A stretch of 64,000 nucleotides of DNA, taken from assembly GCF_032191835.1 (NCBI RefSeq), contig NC_083226.1, positions 103,664,001 to 103,728,000 of the forward strand, in the 5' to 3' direction. This document shows, piece by piece, positions 22,770-35,622 of the stretch (positions are counted from its first letter, which is position 1; each line of letters begins with the position of its first letter). The DNA comes from Heteronotia binoei. Lineage: Eukaryota. The translations under genes were made by a program, and so were the position numbers. The notes beneath the pieces were generated by a model. The model was not told where the DNA came from. It was given only the letters and a program-made list of their open reading frames with translations, and did not search any database.

Positions 22770-24970
22770 TAGGGTGGCCAGACCGTCCCGGTCTCCCGGG
22801 ACTTTCCCGGTTCTGGCCCCCAATTCCCGGCTCCTGGGCTGGCTATACCGGGACCATTAGAAGTCCCGGTATAGCCAGCGGGGAGCCGGTGGGCCGCGCG
22901 CGCGGGCGGGGAAGGCGGGGAGTGAGGGAGCCAGCGTCCCTGCATGTGCGCACGGTGGTGTGCGCACGCGCAGGGACTCTGGCTCCCTCACTCCCCGCCT
23001 TCCCCGCCCGTGCGCGGGGCCCGGCGGCGGTGGCGGAGGCCGGGGAGAGGCCGCCGAGGGTCCCTGGAGGGCCTCCTGAGGCCCGGGGAGGCCGTGGAGA
23101 GGCCGCCGCGGGTCCCTGGAGGGCCTCCAGAGGCCCGGGGAGGCCACAGAGAGGCCGCCGCTGGTCCCTGGAGGCCCTCCAGAGGCCCGCGGAGGCCGCG
23201 GAGAGGCCGCCGCTGGTCCCTGGAGGCCCTCCAGAGGCCCGCGGAGGTCACGGAGAGGCCGCCGCGGGTCCCTGGAGGGCCTCCAGAGGCCGCGGAGAGG
23301 CCGCCGCGGGTCCCTGGGGGCCCTCCAGAGGCCCGCAGAGAGGCCGCCGCTGGTCCCTGGAGGGCCTCCAGAGGCCCGCGGAGGCCGCGGAGAGGCCGCC
23401 GCTGGTCCCTGGAGGGCCTCCAGAGGCCAGCGGAGGCCGCGGAGAGGCCGGCGCTGGTCCCTGGAGGGCCTCCAGAGGCCAGCGGAGGCCGCGGAGAGGC
23501 CGGCGCTGGTCCCTGGAGGGCCTCCAGAGACCAGCGGAGGCCGCGGAGAGGCCGGCGCTGGTCCCTGGAGGCCCTCCAGAGACCAGCGCCGGCCTCTCCG
23601 CCGCCTCCCCGGCCTCCGCAGCCGCCGCCAGCCCCGCCAGCCGCCCGGAGGAGAGGCAGCCACCCGCCCTGGAACAAGGTAAGCAGGGGGGGGCCGAAAG
23701 CGGGGGGGGCAGCNNNNNNNNNNNNNNNNNNNNNNNNNNNNNNNNNNNNNNNNNNNNNNNNNNNNNNNNNNNNNNNNNNNNNNNNNNNNNNNNNNNNNNN
23801 NNNNNNNNNNNNNNNNNNNNNNNNNNNNNNNNNNNNNNNNNNNNNNNNNNNNNNNNNNNNNNNNNNNNNNNNNNNNNNNNNNNNNNNNNNNNNNNNNNNN
23901 NNNNNNNNNNNNNNNNNNNNNNNNNNNNNNNNNNNNNNNNNNNNNNNNNNNNNNNNNNNNNNNNNNNNNNNNNNNNNNNNNNNNNNNNNNNNNNNNNNNN
24001 NNNNNNNNTCCCATCGTTGTGGGGCCCAGGGGGCTGGCGCAGCGGCACGCTGAAGCAGCCTGTCGCTCACTTCCGGGTTCCTGTCCTGCATCTCGACCTG
24101 TGTTATTAGTGACAGGCTGCTTCGGCGTGCCGCTGTGCCGGCCCCCTGGGTCCCACAACGATGGGACCGATGCCACAGGGACAGGCTCGAAACACTCTAT
24201 AACCCCTCAAAAGAACAGCAGTCTAGCTCGCTTCCCCCGAGCCCTGCCGCCATAAGCCTCAAGGGGGCTCATTTTGCGGCATCTCCCGGCGGGAGGGTGG
24301 CACCCGCACGGGACACATATCAAATGAAAGAGGGGGCGCAGGGCTATCAGAAACAGCCAGCGGAGGGAGTCGGGAGACCACCCCACTGGGGGATCCACAC
24401 CCCGAAAGTGATGAAGGTGGCGCAGATAGAGCCAACAGAGCAAACAGGACAAAATAAATAGGCTGCATTATGCAGCACAGTCTCACTGGAATCTCACTGG
24501 AATCTGACTTGCTTCTCAGCGTGGAACCCGTTCTCTCTAGTCTTCTCACTTTGAAAAAAGTAAAAAAAGAGTTTTATTTAACTTTATTTCCCCCTTTCCC
24601 TCTCTATAAATAATCTTGGTGTTTCCGGCGGTGATATTTGGGGGATTTTTGGGGACATCACAGGAAGTGCTGTGAAGTCACTTCCTGTTTCCGGCAGTGG
24701 CATTTGGGGAAAATGATGTCATTTTGGGGAAATGATGTCACAGGAAGTGATGTCACTTTCTGCTTCCGGCAGGTGGCGCGGGGGGATGATGTCACAGGAA
24801 GTGATGTCACTTCCTGTTTCTGGCAGGTGGCGCGCGCGGGGGGAAATGATGTCACAGGAAGTGATGTCACTTCCTGTTTCCGGCGGCGCGCAAGCTTTGC
24901 GCGCGCACACCCCTACCTCCCCCCCAAAAAAGGTGTCCCTGGCTGGCCTTCAGACATTATGGCCACCCTA
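22770..24970. mobile_element. Non-autonomous hAT (Blackjack-type TIR) element with GC-rich internal repeats; assembly gap at 23714-24008
   Basis: TIRs TAGGGTGGCCA / TGGCCACCCTA. Perfect 8-bp TSD TCTGGATG at 22762-22769 and 24971-24978. Confidence 0.9.
23050..23590. repeat. GC-rich minisatellite, unit of about 51 bp
   Basis: About ten variant units of GGTCCCTGGAGGGCCTCCAGAGGCCCGCGGAGGCCGCGGAGAGGCCGCCGCT. Confidence 0.9.
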
Positions 24971-25249
24971 TCTGGATGTCTGAGGCTCTTTTTGCTCTAA
25001 GACAGACTTCAGACATCTGGAAGTTGGTCAAGAACTATCCAGACGGAGAGAACTATGAGGTGAAACCGGACAACTCAAAAAACACTGCAAAGGAGCAAGT
25101 AACAAAATAATCCGGTTTGGAGAAGGATTGGGGAGGGGGGAGGCGACAATGATTGACTGCCGGGAGGCAGATGTTGCTGTCTGATCAGCCACTTTTAATC
25201 CAGTAGGAAACAGCAGCAACAACTGATTAAACTGTGCATCTGAACAGGC

Positions 25250-26480
25250 CCACTGAGTCATTAACATGTTGAATTCAGTGCCGCAGGAAATGGTGGTGGC
25301 TATAAGCATAGACAACTTTGAGAGGAGATTGGATAAACATGTGAAGGAGAGGTCCATGGGTGGCTATTAGCTACAATATATAGATAGAACAATATGTCTG
25401 GGGCAACGATGCTCTGTATTCTTAGTGCTTGGGAGACAACAGTGGGAGGCCTTTGGGAGTTGTGGACCTGCTTGTGGACTTCCTGATAGGACATGGGTTT
25501 GGGCACAGTGTGACACAGAGTGCTGAACTGGATGGGCCTCTGGCTTCTCGTATGTTCTTATTAATAAGGGTGCAGATGCAACCATAGCATTAGCATAGAT
25601 GTGTTAGCATGTGTTTCTGGTTAGAATTTTAATGGGGATAAATGTAAAGTTCTGCATTTAGTTAGGAAAAATCCAGTGTATAATTATAGGATGTGGGAGA
25701 CTTGTCTTGGCAGTAGTATATGTAAACGATCTAGGGGTCTTAATGGACCATATGCTGAACATGAGTCAGCATGTGATGTGGTAGCTAAAAAGGCAAATGT
25801 GATTTTGGGCTGTATCAGCAGAAGTATAACATCCAGATCAAGTGAAGTGATGGTATTGCTGTAGTCTTCTCTGGTTAGACCTCACCCAGAGTATTGTGTT
25901 CAGTTTTGGGTAATACAATTTAAGAAAGATATAGACAAGCTAGAATATGTCCAGAGGAGGGCAACAAAGATGGTGAGGGGTCTGGAGATCAAGTCCTGAG
26001 GAAAGGAGCTGGGTATGTTTAGCCTGGAGAGGAGACTACTGAGAGGTGATATGATCACCATCTTCAAGTACTTGAAGGACTGTCATAGGATGGTAGGGAG
26101 TTGTTTTCCATTGCTCCAGAAGATTGGAGCAGAACCAGCAGGTTGAAATTAAATTAAAAGATGATCATCTAAACATTAGGAAGAACTTCCTGTCAGAGCA
26201 GTTCCTCAGTGGAAAAGGCTTCCTTGAGAGGTGGTGGGCTCTCCGTCTTTGGAGGTTTTTAAACAAAGGCTAGATGGCCATCTGACAGCAATGCTGTTTC
26301 TGTGATTTTAGGCAGATTATGAGGGGATGGGCAGGAAGAGCTGCATCGGTGCTTAGTGCTCATGACCCTTTCTTACATGCCCAGGGAAATGCTGATCACC
26401 ACTTTTGGGATCAGGAAGCAATTTTCTCAAGGCCAGTTTGACTAGGGATCTTGGAGGTTTTTTGCCATCTTGTTTAGTTT
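25250..26480 (+). mobile_element. CR1 3' fragments (25250-25560 and 25625-26480; the tail continues at 27760-27880)
   Basis: Decayed CR1 RT ([31 protein letters not shown]) and 3'UTR. Confidence 0.82.
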
Positions 26481-27760
26481 ATTTATGATTTATATCCCGC
26501 CCTTCCCACCAAGGTGGCTCAGGGCAGCTCACAACACATGAAGTCTAACATAACAATATTAAGTTTTAGGCATTTTACACAGTTAAAAACATTTAAAACA
26601 TTAAAACATTAAAAACATTAAAACATCAGAAGTCTATTGGAACTACACTTAATTTCCTATGCCGGTTAGTTGTAAGCCAGCCGGAAGAGGGTAGTCTTAC
26701 AGGCCCTGCGGAATTGAGCAAGGTCCCGCAGGGCCCTCACCTCCTCCGGCAGCTGGTTCCACCAGGAAGGTGCCATTACAGAGAAAGCCCTATCCCTGGT
26801 AGATTTCAGGCGGGCTTCCTTTGGCCCAGGGATAACAAGAAGATTTTGGGTTCCTGATCTCAGCACTCTCTGGGGAACATGTGGAGAGAGACGGTCCCTC
26901 AGGTAGGCAGGTCCTAGGCCATATAGGGCTTTAAAGGTAATGACCAGCACCTTGTACCGGACTCGGTATGTTATTGGCAGCCAGTGCAGAGCCCGGAGCC
27001 CTGGCCGAATGTGCTCCCATCTTGGGAGCCCCAATAACAGCCGGGCCGTGGCATTCTGCACTAACTGCAACTTCCGGGTTCGGCACAAGGGCAGCCCCAT
27101 GTAGAGGGCATTGCAGTAGTCCAATCTCGAGGTGACCGTGGCATGGATCACTGATGCTAGATCGTCGCGCTCCAGGAAGGGAGCCAGCTGCCTTGCCCGC
27201 TTAAGATGAAAAAATGCTGACTTGGCAGTGGCTGCCATTTGAGCCTCCATCTTTAAGAAAGGCTCCAATAGTACCCCCAGGCTCTTGACCCTGTCCGCCG
27301 CTAACAACGACGCACCGTCAAAACCCGGCAGTATGCTTTCTTTGCGGTTTTGATTGCCATCTCATAGGACTTCAAACTCTCTCTATAAGATGTTCGAATC
27401 GCTTCGTCTTGAGTACACCGCCATTGCCTCTCTAGTCGTCTGAGTCCCCATTTTAATTGTCGCAGCTCCTGGTTAAACCAAAGCGTCGACTTCAAACGGG
27501 GACGCAGAGGGCGCTTAGGTGCGATCTCCTCGATGGCTCTGGAGAGTCTGTCATTCCAGGACTCTACCAGAGTATCCAGGGAGTCGCCAGGGGGCCAGGG
27601 ATCCTGCAGAGCCGTTAGGAACCATTCCGGGTCCATCAGGCTCCGCAGGCGAGCTAAAATACGCTCTCCGCCTAAATAGGCTTGGGGTGGCACATCCACA
27701 CGAGCCTTGAGGACATAGTGATCCGACCATGGCACTGCTTTAGCAGCAGTATCGTTCATC
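26480..27760 (-). mobile_element. L2-clade LINE, internally deleted, nested in a CR1 3'UTR
   Basis: ORF 26666-27307 is the L2 RT C-terminus. ORF 27301-27759 is the upstream post-endonuclease region (WSDHY...WFNQELRQLK). Confidence 0.88.
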
Positions 27761-28289
27761 TTCTGGGCATGGAACAGGGGTCACTAGGGATGTGTGGGGA
27801 GGTATTTGTGAATTTCCTGCATTGTGCAGGAGTTTGGACTAGATGACCCTGGAGGTCCCTTCCAACTCTGTGATTCTAGTTTATGGCTAATAATATCAAG
27901 CAGTAGAGCAGCCTTTCCAAACCTAATTCCCAAGCAGCCTGGGACCCACTGAGCTGTAAGAACCTGACATCACAGTCACATGGCCAGAAGAAGAGGAGCT
28001 AGAATTCTGGCCTCAGTAGTCTCAAAGTCAAGACCAAGAGACCCATGAGTAGAAAGCACATGCCTAACACCAGGAGGTACACTGCAGTGAAGGTCAGAGC
28101 CATCAAGGAATCAATCCTCTCCTCCAATAAGTGACCATCTCTCATCTGTCTGCTGCTCTTGTCAGTATGCATGCATGCAAAAAAAAGTTATCCCAATCAC
28201 TCATACATGTGCAGCCCCTGCAGCTAGCAAAAGTGTCCTTCTGCTAGCAAAGAGAAAACACATGTATTGTGGGGTAATTTAATTTAATC

Positions 28290-29075
28290 TATTTGATTTA
28301 TTACCTGCCCTTCCCTGCGAACACAACTCAGGATGGCTTACAACAATATATGTTCAGTACATAATTTAGATTAAAACCAAGTCCAGATAAAAGCAGTTTC
28401 CATTACAAGATGACAAAAAAGTTGCAGTTCCTGAGCCTCCTGGGGCTTTTCAGGAGGTGGGAGAGAGTGTGAAAGTGCCAGACTGTATGCTGTCCTATCG
28501 CTGTCCTCAACCAAATGCCTGGCAGAACATCTCTGCCTTACATGCCCTGCAGAAAGGTAGTAAATCCTGCAGGGCATAGATGTTCTCTGGCCGAGAATTT
28601 CACCAGGTGGGGAGCAGGGTCAAAAAAGTCTTGTTGAGGACAGCTGGATCTGTCTTGGGCTGGGAACCATGGGTATTTCTTATTCCCTGAGTGCAACACT
28701 CTTCTGGGGACATACTGAGAGAAGTGGTCCTGAAGGTATGTTGGTCCCTGACTGGTAAAAGCCTTAAAAGATGAAGACCAAGACCTTGAAACTGACCTGG
28801 TCCTCCACTGGAAGGCTGTGCAGCTTGTACAGCACAGGTTTGTCACCTCCGAGGGGTCCCCATGAGCTCCCGCATGGCTGCACTCTGGATCAGTTGGAAC
28901 TTCTGGGTCAGGCACAAGGGCAGGCTTGAACAGAGAGAATTACAGTAGTCTATCCTGGAGGTGACCAGTGTGTAGATTACTGTGGCTAGGTCAGGACAGG
29001 ACAGGTAGGGAACTCGTTTCCTAACCTGGTGCAGTCAGAAAATGGCCAGCTTGGCAACTTTCACAACCTGGTATT
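28290..29075 (-). mobile_element. Decayed L2 fragment
   Basis: Homologous to 26480-27250 with frameshifts. Confidence 0.75.
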
Positions 29076-31535
29076 CATTACTGAGACCATAATCTATGTA
29101 TTCAAGGGTCGAGATACAGACCAACACTTGAAACAAATGAAGGGCAATAAGCTTCTTAAGTTAAAAAAAAATTAACAGAAAGAGAAGCAAGTCAAGTAAA
29201 TAAAAACTGAAGTAAGTGTACATGTGGATTATAAATACAGTTTAAATCTTCTCCCTAATAAACTACCTGCTACTAAGGGAGAAAATGAAAGGTAAGAATC
29301 AAAGACATACAAGCCTGCTTCTGGCTGCAAAGCTCTGGAGAAGTGTAGCAGAATGAGGTGGAAAAGTAGAGAAGCCAACTGTACAGTTGGGGTAACAGAC
29401 TGGGATCAAAAACCTGCTATGAATTGGCTGAACTGAGGGATGACTTTTTATACATTTTTGCTAAGATTGAGAGGAAAAGGTGTTGGCATTGGAATGTGGG
29501 AGGGAGTAAAAGTCCATCTCTCCAGAGATGAGCTAATTTGAAAAGGGTTCTTTTTGTGTACATTGTGGAAGATAGTTTTTCTTTATTTGCATTACAAGTA
29601 AGTATCAAGAAGTGTTCCTTTAGAGAAACTGAGAGTTCAGTAGGCAAGTAGATGACTGAATACTTGGCATGATGGAGTAGATTTGACAAGGAGGAAATGG
29701 CTAGTGCTGGCACCTTGCTCATTGCTTTGGTTATTTGGGCCAGATTATCAGGATTATTTGGGCCAGATTATCAGGAAGGGTACCCTTTAGGTCCTTTGGG
29801 GGAAAGGCCTTAGGTTGACTCCCATTAGATTTGGCTTTCATATGATTAACAGAGGAGTTGCATCACATTCCTTGAATGGCCTCAGTATGACTCACTGTCA
29901 TTTTGATATCAGTTTGATCGAGACTTCATTTTTATTGCTAGGCCCATGCTAGGATGTGCAAGTGTACAGAGATCCAGAACAAAGGTCCCCTGTGAGGGGG
30001 GAGTCCCATGGCATCAGAAAGGCAAGAAACAACACTTTTTGCTCACTACATAGGCAGACTCATAACATGTCTTTAAAAAGCTGCAAAAAGAAATCTGCTT
30101 CCTGTGTGGCTCTGTGACCCACCTTGGGGTTTCAATCCATGAGTTGAAGACCATTGATATAACAGATGTGGGCTACATTTCCTTTATATTTTTCACATAT
30201 TTAGTCAGCTGTGTTGATATTTGATGTTTTTATAGTGCTTTCAGGTTCTCAAAGTCTTTCATGTACATAGTTTGTTATCATCCCTGCAATAACTCTGTAA
30301 AGTAGGTGGATTTTGTCATCCCCATATTAAAGATGAGGCTGAAGCTAGTGCCACCTATTGAGATATTGGCAGAGGTAAGATTTGAACCAGGAAGCCCCTA
30401 TGCCATACCACTAACTTTCACAGTTAAACTATTACATGTACATGAATGATGTGATACTCCTAACAAATAATTTAAAAAAGAAAAAGTGCCTTTTAATCTA
30501 ACATTTATAAAGTCAGGTCATGTATGGTTGTTTTGTTGCCAATAAAAGGGCCTGTGATGTATCCCAAGTCCATTTTTACTAACGTGTCTTAATCTGGTGG
30601 ATGTCACAGTATGTGAGCATGTTGAGAATGCTGAACTAAGCACTGACCTCAGGGCTTTTCCCTTGCCATGCTAGGTGAGTCATAAGCCTTATCAAAGCAA
30701 TTCACTCCATTTCCCTAGAGAATTTGAGATTCATCACAGATTGCCTTTGCATCCTCTGATGCCTGATTATTACTTATTCAGAAGGGGATGCCAGCTCCTT
30801 GGGGTAAATGCAGAGTTCACAGCTGCCACTTTGGGTGAATGGGACTTAATGAAAGAAGAAAGCAGCTCAACATTTAGGCTGAAAGGCATCATTAAAATCC
30901 CCCTCCTCCCACCTTCTCATATTAACTAATGCACCAGGCTTCTGCCTTAGGGAGGAAAAGCACCAATGCACTTAGGAGGGAAAATAGAAGAGGCAACAAG
31001 AAAAGGTAACTGAGAAAGATAAGGAACATAAAAACACAAACAGAACAGTAAACTAATGCATAGTATTTGATAGCCTCGGGGTAAACTACAGAATAAAATA
31101 AGGCTATAGGTCTCTTGTGAGTTTAGTTCTTCCCCCTCTGGAAGGTAATATTCATACTCTATGGAGATGGATGCATGTTGTTTGTTTTTCAACAATTTGA
31201 TTCATTAGGTGACTGGATGTTAAGGGAAAATGATCATAGCATTTAAAACAAAACCATTCTACTTCCAAGTAGCTGATGTGGCTTTTGCCTGGCCTCGCTT
31301 CTGCTAAAAACAGCTTGTGTCTTATGTGTACTTTTTCTAAAGGCTTGAGATTGATGTCACGGAAATACATATTACAAATAAATTTCTATTATCATAGAAA
31401 TATGTTTTACAAAAATGACATTTCCTTGTCATGGAAGTTTAAATGATTTCTACTGAAAAGTCACTGTTCTTGACTGCCACAATTCTGGAGTTTACTCACG
31501 TTTATGAAGACATGTCTTTTTGTTGCCATTTATAG

Positions 31536-31583
31536 GAGAAGTCCAGATGTGCAAGCAAAGGAAGAATTATGGAAACACATTCA
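31536..31583 (+). CDS. EPB41L4A: EPB41L4A coding exon (48 nt; RSPDVQAKEELWKHIQ)
   Basis: tttatag|...ATTCA|gtatg. Confidence 0.95.
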
Positions 31584-31680
31584 GTATGTATTATGGCAGG
31601 GGTGGGCTGCTATTAGTGAATTTAGTATTGCTCTGTTTTTATGCATGCAGTAGCATAATTAATGGCTGATCCTTTTCCAG

Positions 31681-31749
31681 AAAGGAACTCGTGGATCCAT
31701 CTGGCCTCTCTGAGGAACAATTAAGAGAGATTCCTTACACCAAAATAGA
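31681..31749 (+). CDS. EPB41L4A: EPB41L4A coding exon (69 nt; KELVDPSGLSEEQLREIPYTKIE)
   Basis: ttttccag|...ATAGA|gtgag. Confidence 0.96.
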
Positions 31750-32774
31750 GTGAGTATATTCACTAGAGGATAACACTTTCCCTATATTCCAGTATTGTAA
31801 AACTCACTCCATCTTCCATTCACATGACTCATTTCTACAGGCCGTTGGGCTTGCATTAGGTACTGGATAAATATGGTACTGCTTTGTTAAAAGATTGTTT
31901 GTTGGATGATAATGCAAGATAGAAAAGGGCAGTAAATCTTTAATTGAAAGAATTATGGCACAGTCTACTGAGACAACTCTCAGACCTCCCAGAGATGACC
32001 ATGAATTGTCCTGTTCCCTTTCATTTTAATCAGATTGGTATGGGTATGTTCCTAGTAGCTTGTTCTGTGAGTCTCACTATACTTCTGGCTTCACTAAAAT
32101 CTTTGTGCATTTTCTTCCAAAAATTCAAACAGAATCAGGGCCAAACTATGCATAACTTGGGCAGATCCATGTGTTTAATCCTGGGTCAGCCCTAATCACA
32201 CCAAAAGAGGGGTGATGAGGGATCTGACACTGGGGGACAGCAAAAGGAATGCAGAGGTGCAGAACCCAAGAAATATTAAAGTGTTTGGGTTTAAAAAAAA
32301 CATGACTAAGGGGGAGATAGAGGTTTATAAAATTATGTTGGGTTTGGAGAAAGTGGATAGATACAGTCCCCCCATACAAGAACTTTGAATGAATTCATAT
32401 AAGGCCGCTATTTATTAATATATTCTGCATCTACTCTTCATGCGGAAGGTCTGATCTTCAATTCCCCTCATAACCATCTGAAATAGCAGGTCTTGGGGAA
32501 AAACCTCTCTCTGGCTGAGACTCTGAAAATGGCTGCAAGACAATAAGACATTTACTGAGCTAGATGGACCAGTGGCCTCACAATATAAGGGCAACTAAGG
32601 CTGAATAAAAGTATGACCTCTGTAACCTCTAGTATGAACAACAGTATGACCTCTAGACTAAAACAAGTCAAGACTCTGCTATACAAGTGCACCTTTGCAC
32701 AGATGCTTTCCTTTAAAACATTTTGGCATGTCTTTCTCTTGTGAAGGACGTGTTTATTTTGACAAGCATTCATA

Positions 32775-32870
32775 AGATCTACTGAAGTATGAATGCACAC
32801 AAAAGCTTATACCCAGAATTAAACTTTGTTGGTCTTATAGGTGCCAGTGGACTCAGATTTTGTGCTGTAA
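32775..32870 (+). mobile_element. Penelope-like terminal remnant (decayed hammerhead)
   Basis: CTGAAG...AAAAGCTTATACCC...GTTGGTCTTATAGGTGCCAGTGGACTC, the same family as 8931-9015. Confidence 0.65.
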
Positions 32871-32891
32871 AAACTGTTATTTTCCCTTCAG

Positions 32892-33002
32892 GACTCAAGG
32901 TGACCCTGTTCGCATTAGGCACTCTCATTCTCCTCGGAGCTATCGTCAGTCTCGACGGTCCCAGTGTTCTGATGGAGAGAGATCTGTTCTTTCAGAAGTG
33001 AA
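32892..33002 (+). CDS. EPB41L4A: EPB41L4A coding exon (111 nt; TQGDPVRIRHSHSPRSYRQSRRSQCSDGERSVLSEVN)
   Basis: cccttcag|...GTGAA|gtatg. Confidence 0.96.
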
Positions 33003-35179
33003 GTATGTTAAGTATTTGGTCATTAATGAGGAGTAGTGTCATGATAAAGAAGCTTCCCCTTCCTCCACATACATTTAGGATCACACACTGTATGTAACTA
33101 ATGTGTAACAAGATAGTTCATCAGCATCTCATTCACAAATTTTTCATTCTCTGGCTGACTCATCAGGAAAAAGCTGATTGGGAAAGTCCAATGATTGGCA
33201 CCTTGACTTCGCCACCCTCCCCCTAGTTCAGCAAATACTGCCTAAAGAAAGAACTATACCTTTACTGACAAGAAGTTAGACCTCCTGGTATTTCCAGGAG
33301 AAAATGAGACACGTTAAGAGGAAAGGACAGTAAGAGGAAAGGACAGTATAAGAAAACAATTGCATCTTCTGGATTGTGAAGCTGCCTGAGGGAGGTAATG
33401 TGAAATAGTTGTCAGCTTTTACACTACTCCCCAAATTGGTATCTTCACATGTAGCTTCCAGAAAATGGACATTAGATCTTTCCCATTGTAGAAATATGGG
33501 GGGAGCAAAGTTGTTGACTGCTTTTAAGGTAGAGACCTTTTTGAAAACAAAATAGCCTTCTCTTCAAAAATATATCAAGATCTTTATACTGTTTTGGGTA
33601 CATGAAAGCACAGAAATTATGGGGCTTTTACCTCAAAATTTCTGGAGATAAAGCATAAACAGCTGCTGCACATGTTCTCCTGTTACTGAGATAGTGCTTG
33701 TGTTTCAAAAGAAACTTTTATATGAGAACACTGCATCTACAGTGATCTGTTAAATTCAAGGAAAAGGTCAGTTTGTACCATAGGTGATATATCATATTTT
33801 GTTTAGTAATGACATTAAAGGGAAATCTATGTCATTAAGCATTGTGTTGAAATGTCCTTGTATTGTTTTCAAAGTCTTATTAGAGATTATGTTGATGCTT
33901 AGTGCACAACTCACAGTTGTATGGATCAGAATCAACACCCACTTGGAAGTTAGCATGCCACTACAAAGTTTGGGATCCTGGGGATAGGGCAACACTTAGC
34001 ATTCAATTAGATGAAGTGAAGATGACCATCTTCTGCAGATAAATTGTAGCCTGTTTGTCTTGAGGTTGGGCAGGAAAGACAAAGGTTTTTTTCATCCTTC
34101 AGTCACCACTGTTGTTGTTGGCATTTTGAAATAAAGACGACATGGATTTTAACAGCTCTTCATAGCTGTGGTGCCACTTAATTGACTTAAGAGTTGGGGG
34201 TATGTGCATCCTGTTAAGATACAGTTGCATAAAAATTATTTATGTGGAAAGAGAACCACTATGGAAGCATTTAATCATGTTACCTAGACTTCTGATTGAT
34301 TTTATACACTAATTTGTGCCCTTGCTCCTAGTGTTTCTAAAGGTCTCTCCCACCCCTGCTACATTTCTGTAGGGCTTTCACATGTCACTGTATTATCAAT
34401 ACTATAGAAAGGGTTTATTTAGCAGTGTGCTACAAACTGAAATACTATTCCCATGTTTTTTGCATACTTGGTGATGGAATTAAGTATATAGGCTTTGGTC
34501 AGTTATGAACATACGAAGCTGCCTTATACTGAATCAGACTCCCAGTCCATCAAAATCAGTATTGTCTACTCAGACTGGCGGCAGCTCTCCGGGGTCTCAA
34601 GTTGAGTTTTTTCAAACCTATTTGCCTGGACCCTTTTTAGTTGGAGATGCTGGGGATTTAACCTGGGACCTTCTGCTTACCAAGCACATGCTCTACCACT
34701 GAGCGACCGTCCCTCCCCTTAGAAAAAATAGAACTGCGAATGAAAGCCTTATTAGAATGCTCTTCTGTAATACCTCCTTTAACATTGTGGTTAGGTTCCT
34801 GAAACAGCTCTATAAGAGGTATTGATACCATTTGTTTAATGGAGATGTGCTTACAAGATAGCAATTGGTTGAGGTGGCAACCACCAACTGACTGCCTCTT
34901 TGGCTCATGTGCTGGAACCTCCCAGGAGGCATCTCTGGCTTGCTTTCCATGCTGAGGCTCCTGCCTAGACTGCTGTAGCCATCTTCTCTGTCAACTCTGC
35001 AGCTCCTATTGATCCTTTAGTAGTTAGCTGTACAACTCTTCTGTAGGTCTGTGACGTAACTGGGAGGTTGCTGCACTGCCAGAGCCACATTTTTGTCCCA
35101 ACTGTATTTTGGGATGATTATCCTGTGGAGCTCCTGCCTTAGCCCCTTTTACCCACATTTTTTTTAAAGAAAAGAGCCA

Positions 35180-35370
35180 GTTTGGTGTATTGGTTAAGAG
35201 TGGTGGACTTTCATCTGGAGAACCAGTTTGATTCCCCACTCCTCCACATGCAGCTGTCAATTCTCTCAGAGCTGCTCTCTCAGCCCCATCTACCTTACAG
35301 GGTGTCTGTTGTACGGAGAGGTAGGGAAAGAGATTGTAAGCCACTCTGAGTGAAGGGCAGGACATAAATC
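35180..35370 (+). mobile_element. Squam3-like SINE, internally deleted
   Basis: tRNA-like head plus a CORE segment homologous to 60722-61030. Confidence 0.7.
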
Positions 35371-35540
35371 CAACTCTTCTTAAATTACACCCAGGACAAA
35401 GAGTGCTGTAATGAAACAAATTTATACAAAGCAGCTTTATACGAGGTATTATTGTATTCTTATGCAGGTGACTTTTCCAGCCAGAAACTCCTTTTACTCC
35501 ATAAACACCAAACATCTTGCAGCTTGTTCTCTTTTTCCAG

Positions 35541-35622
35541 CTCTAAAATGGACCTTGTGCCTCCATTACCTGTAACTCGCTCTTCAGATGCTCAGTACTC
35601 CACCATCACAGTATCACACCAG
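35541..35622 (+). CDS. EPB41L4A: EPB41L4A coding exon (82 nt; SKMDLVPPLPVTRSSDAQYSTITVSHQ)
   Basis: ttttccag|...CACCAG|gttggt. Confidence 0.94.

Noticed and set aside
22857-24176. Several 270-440 aa ORFs on both strands
   Set aside because: They are produced by the stop-free GC minisatellite and read through 295 Ns. They have no protein motifs.
23050-24890. CRISPR-like repeat array
   Set aside because: The context is eukaryotic, the repeats are contiguous without unique spacers, and there are no cas genes.
29417-29722. 101-aa - strand ORF
   Set aside because: It has no recognisable domain or splice context.
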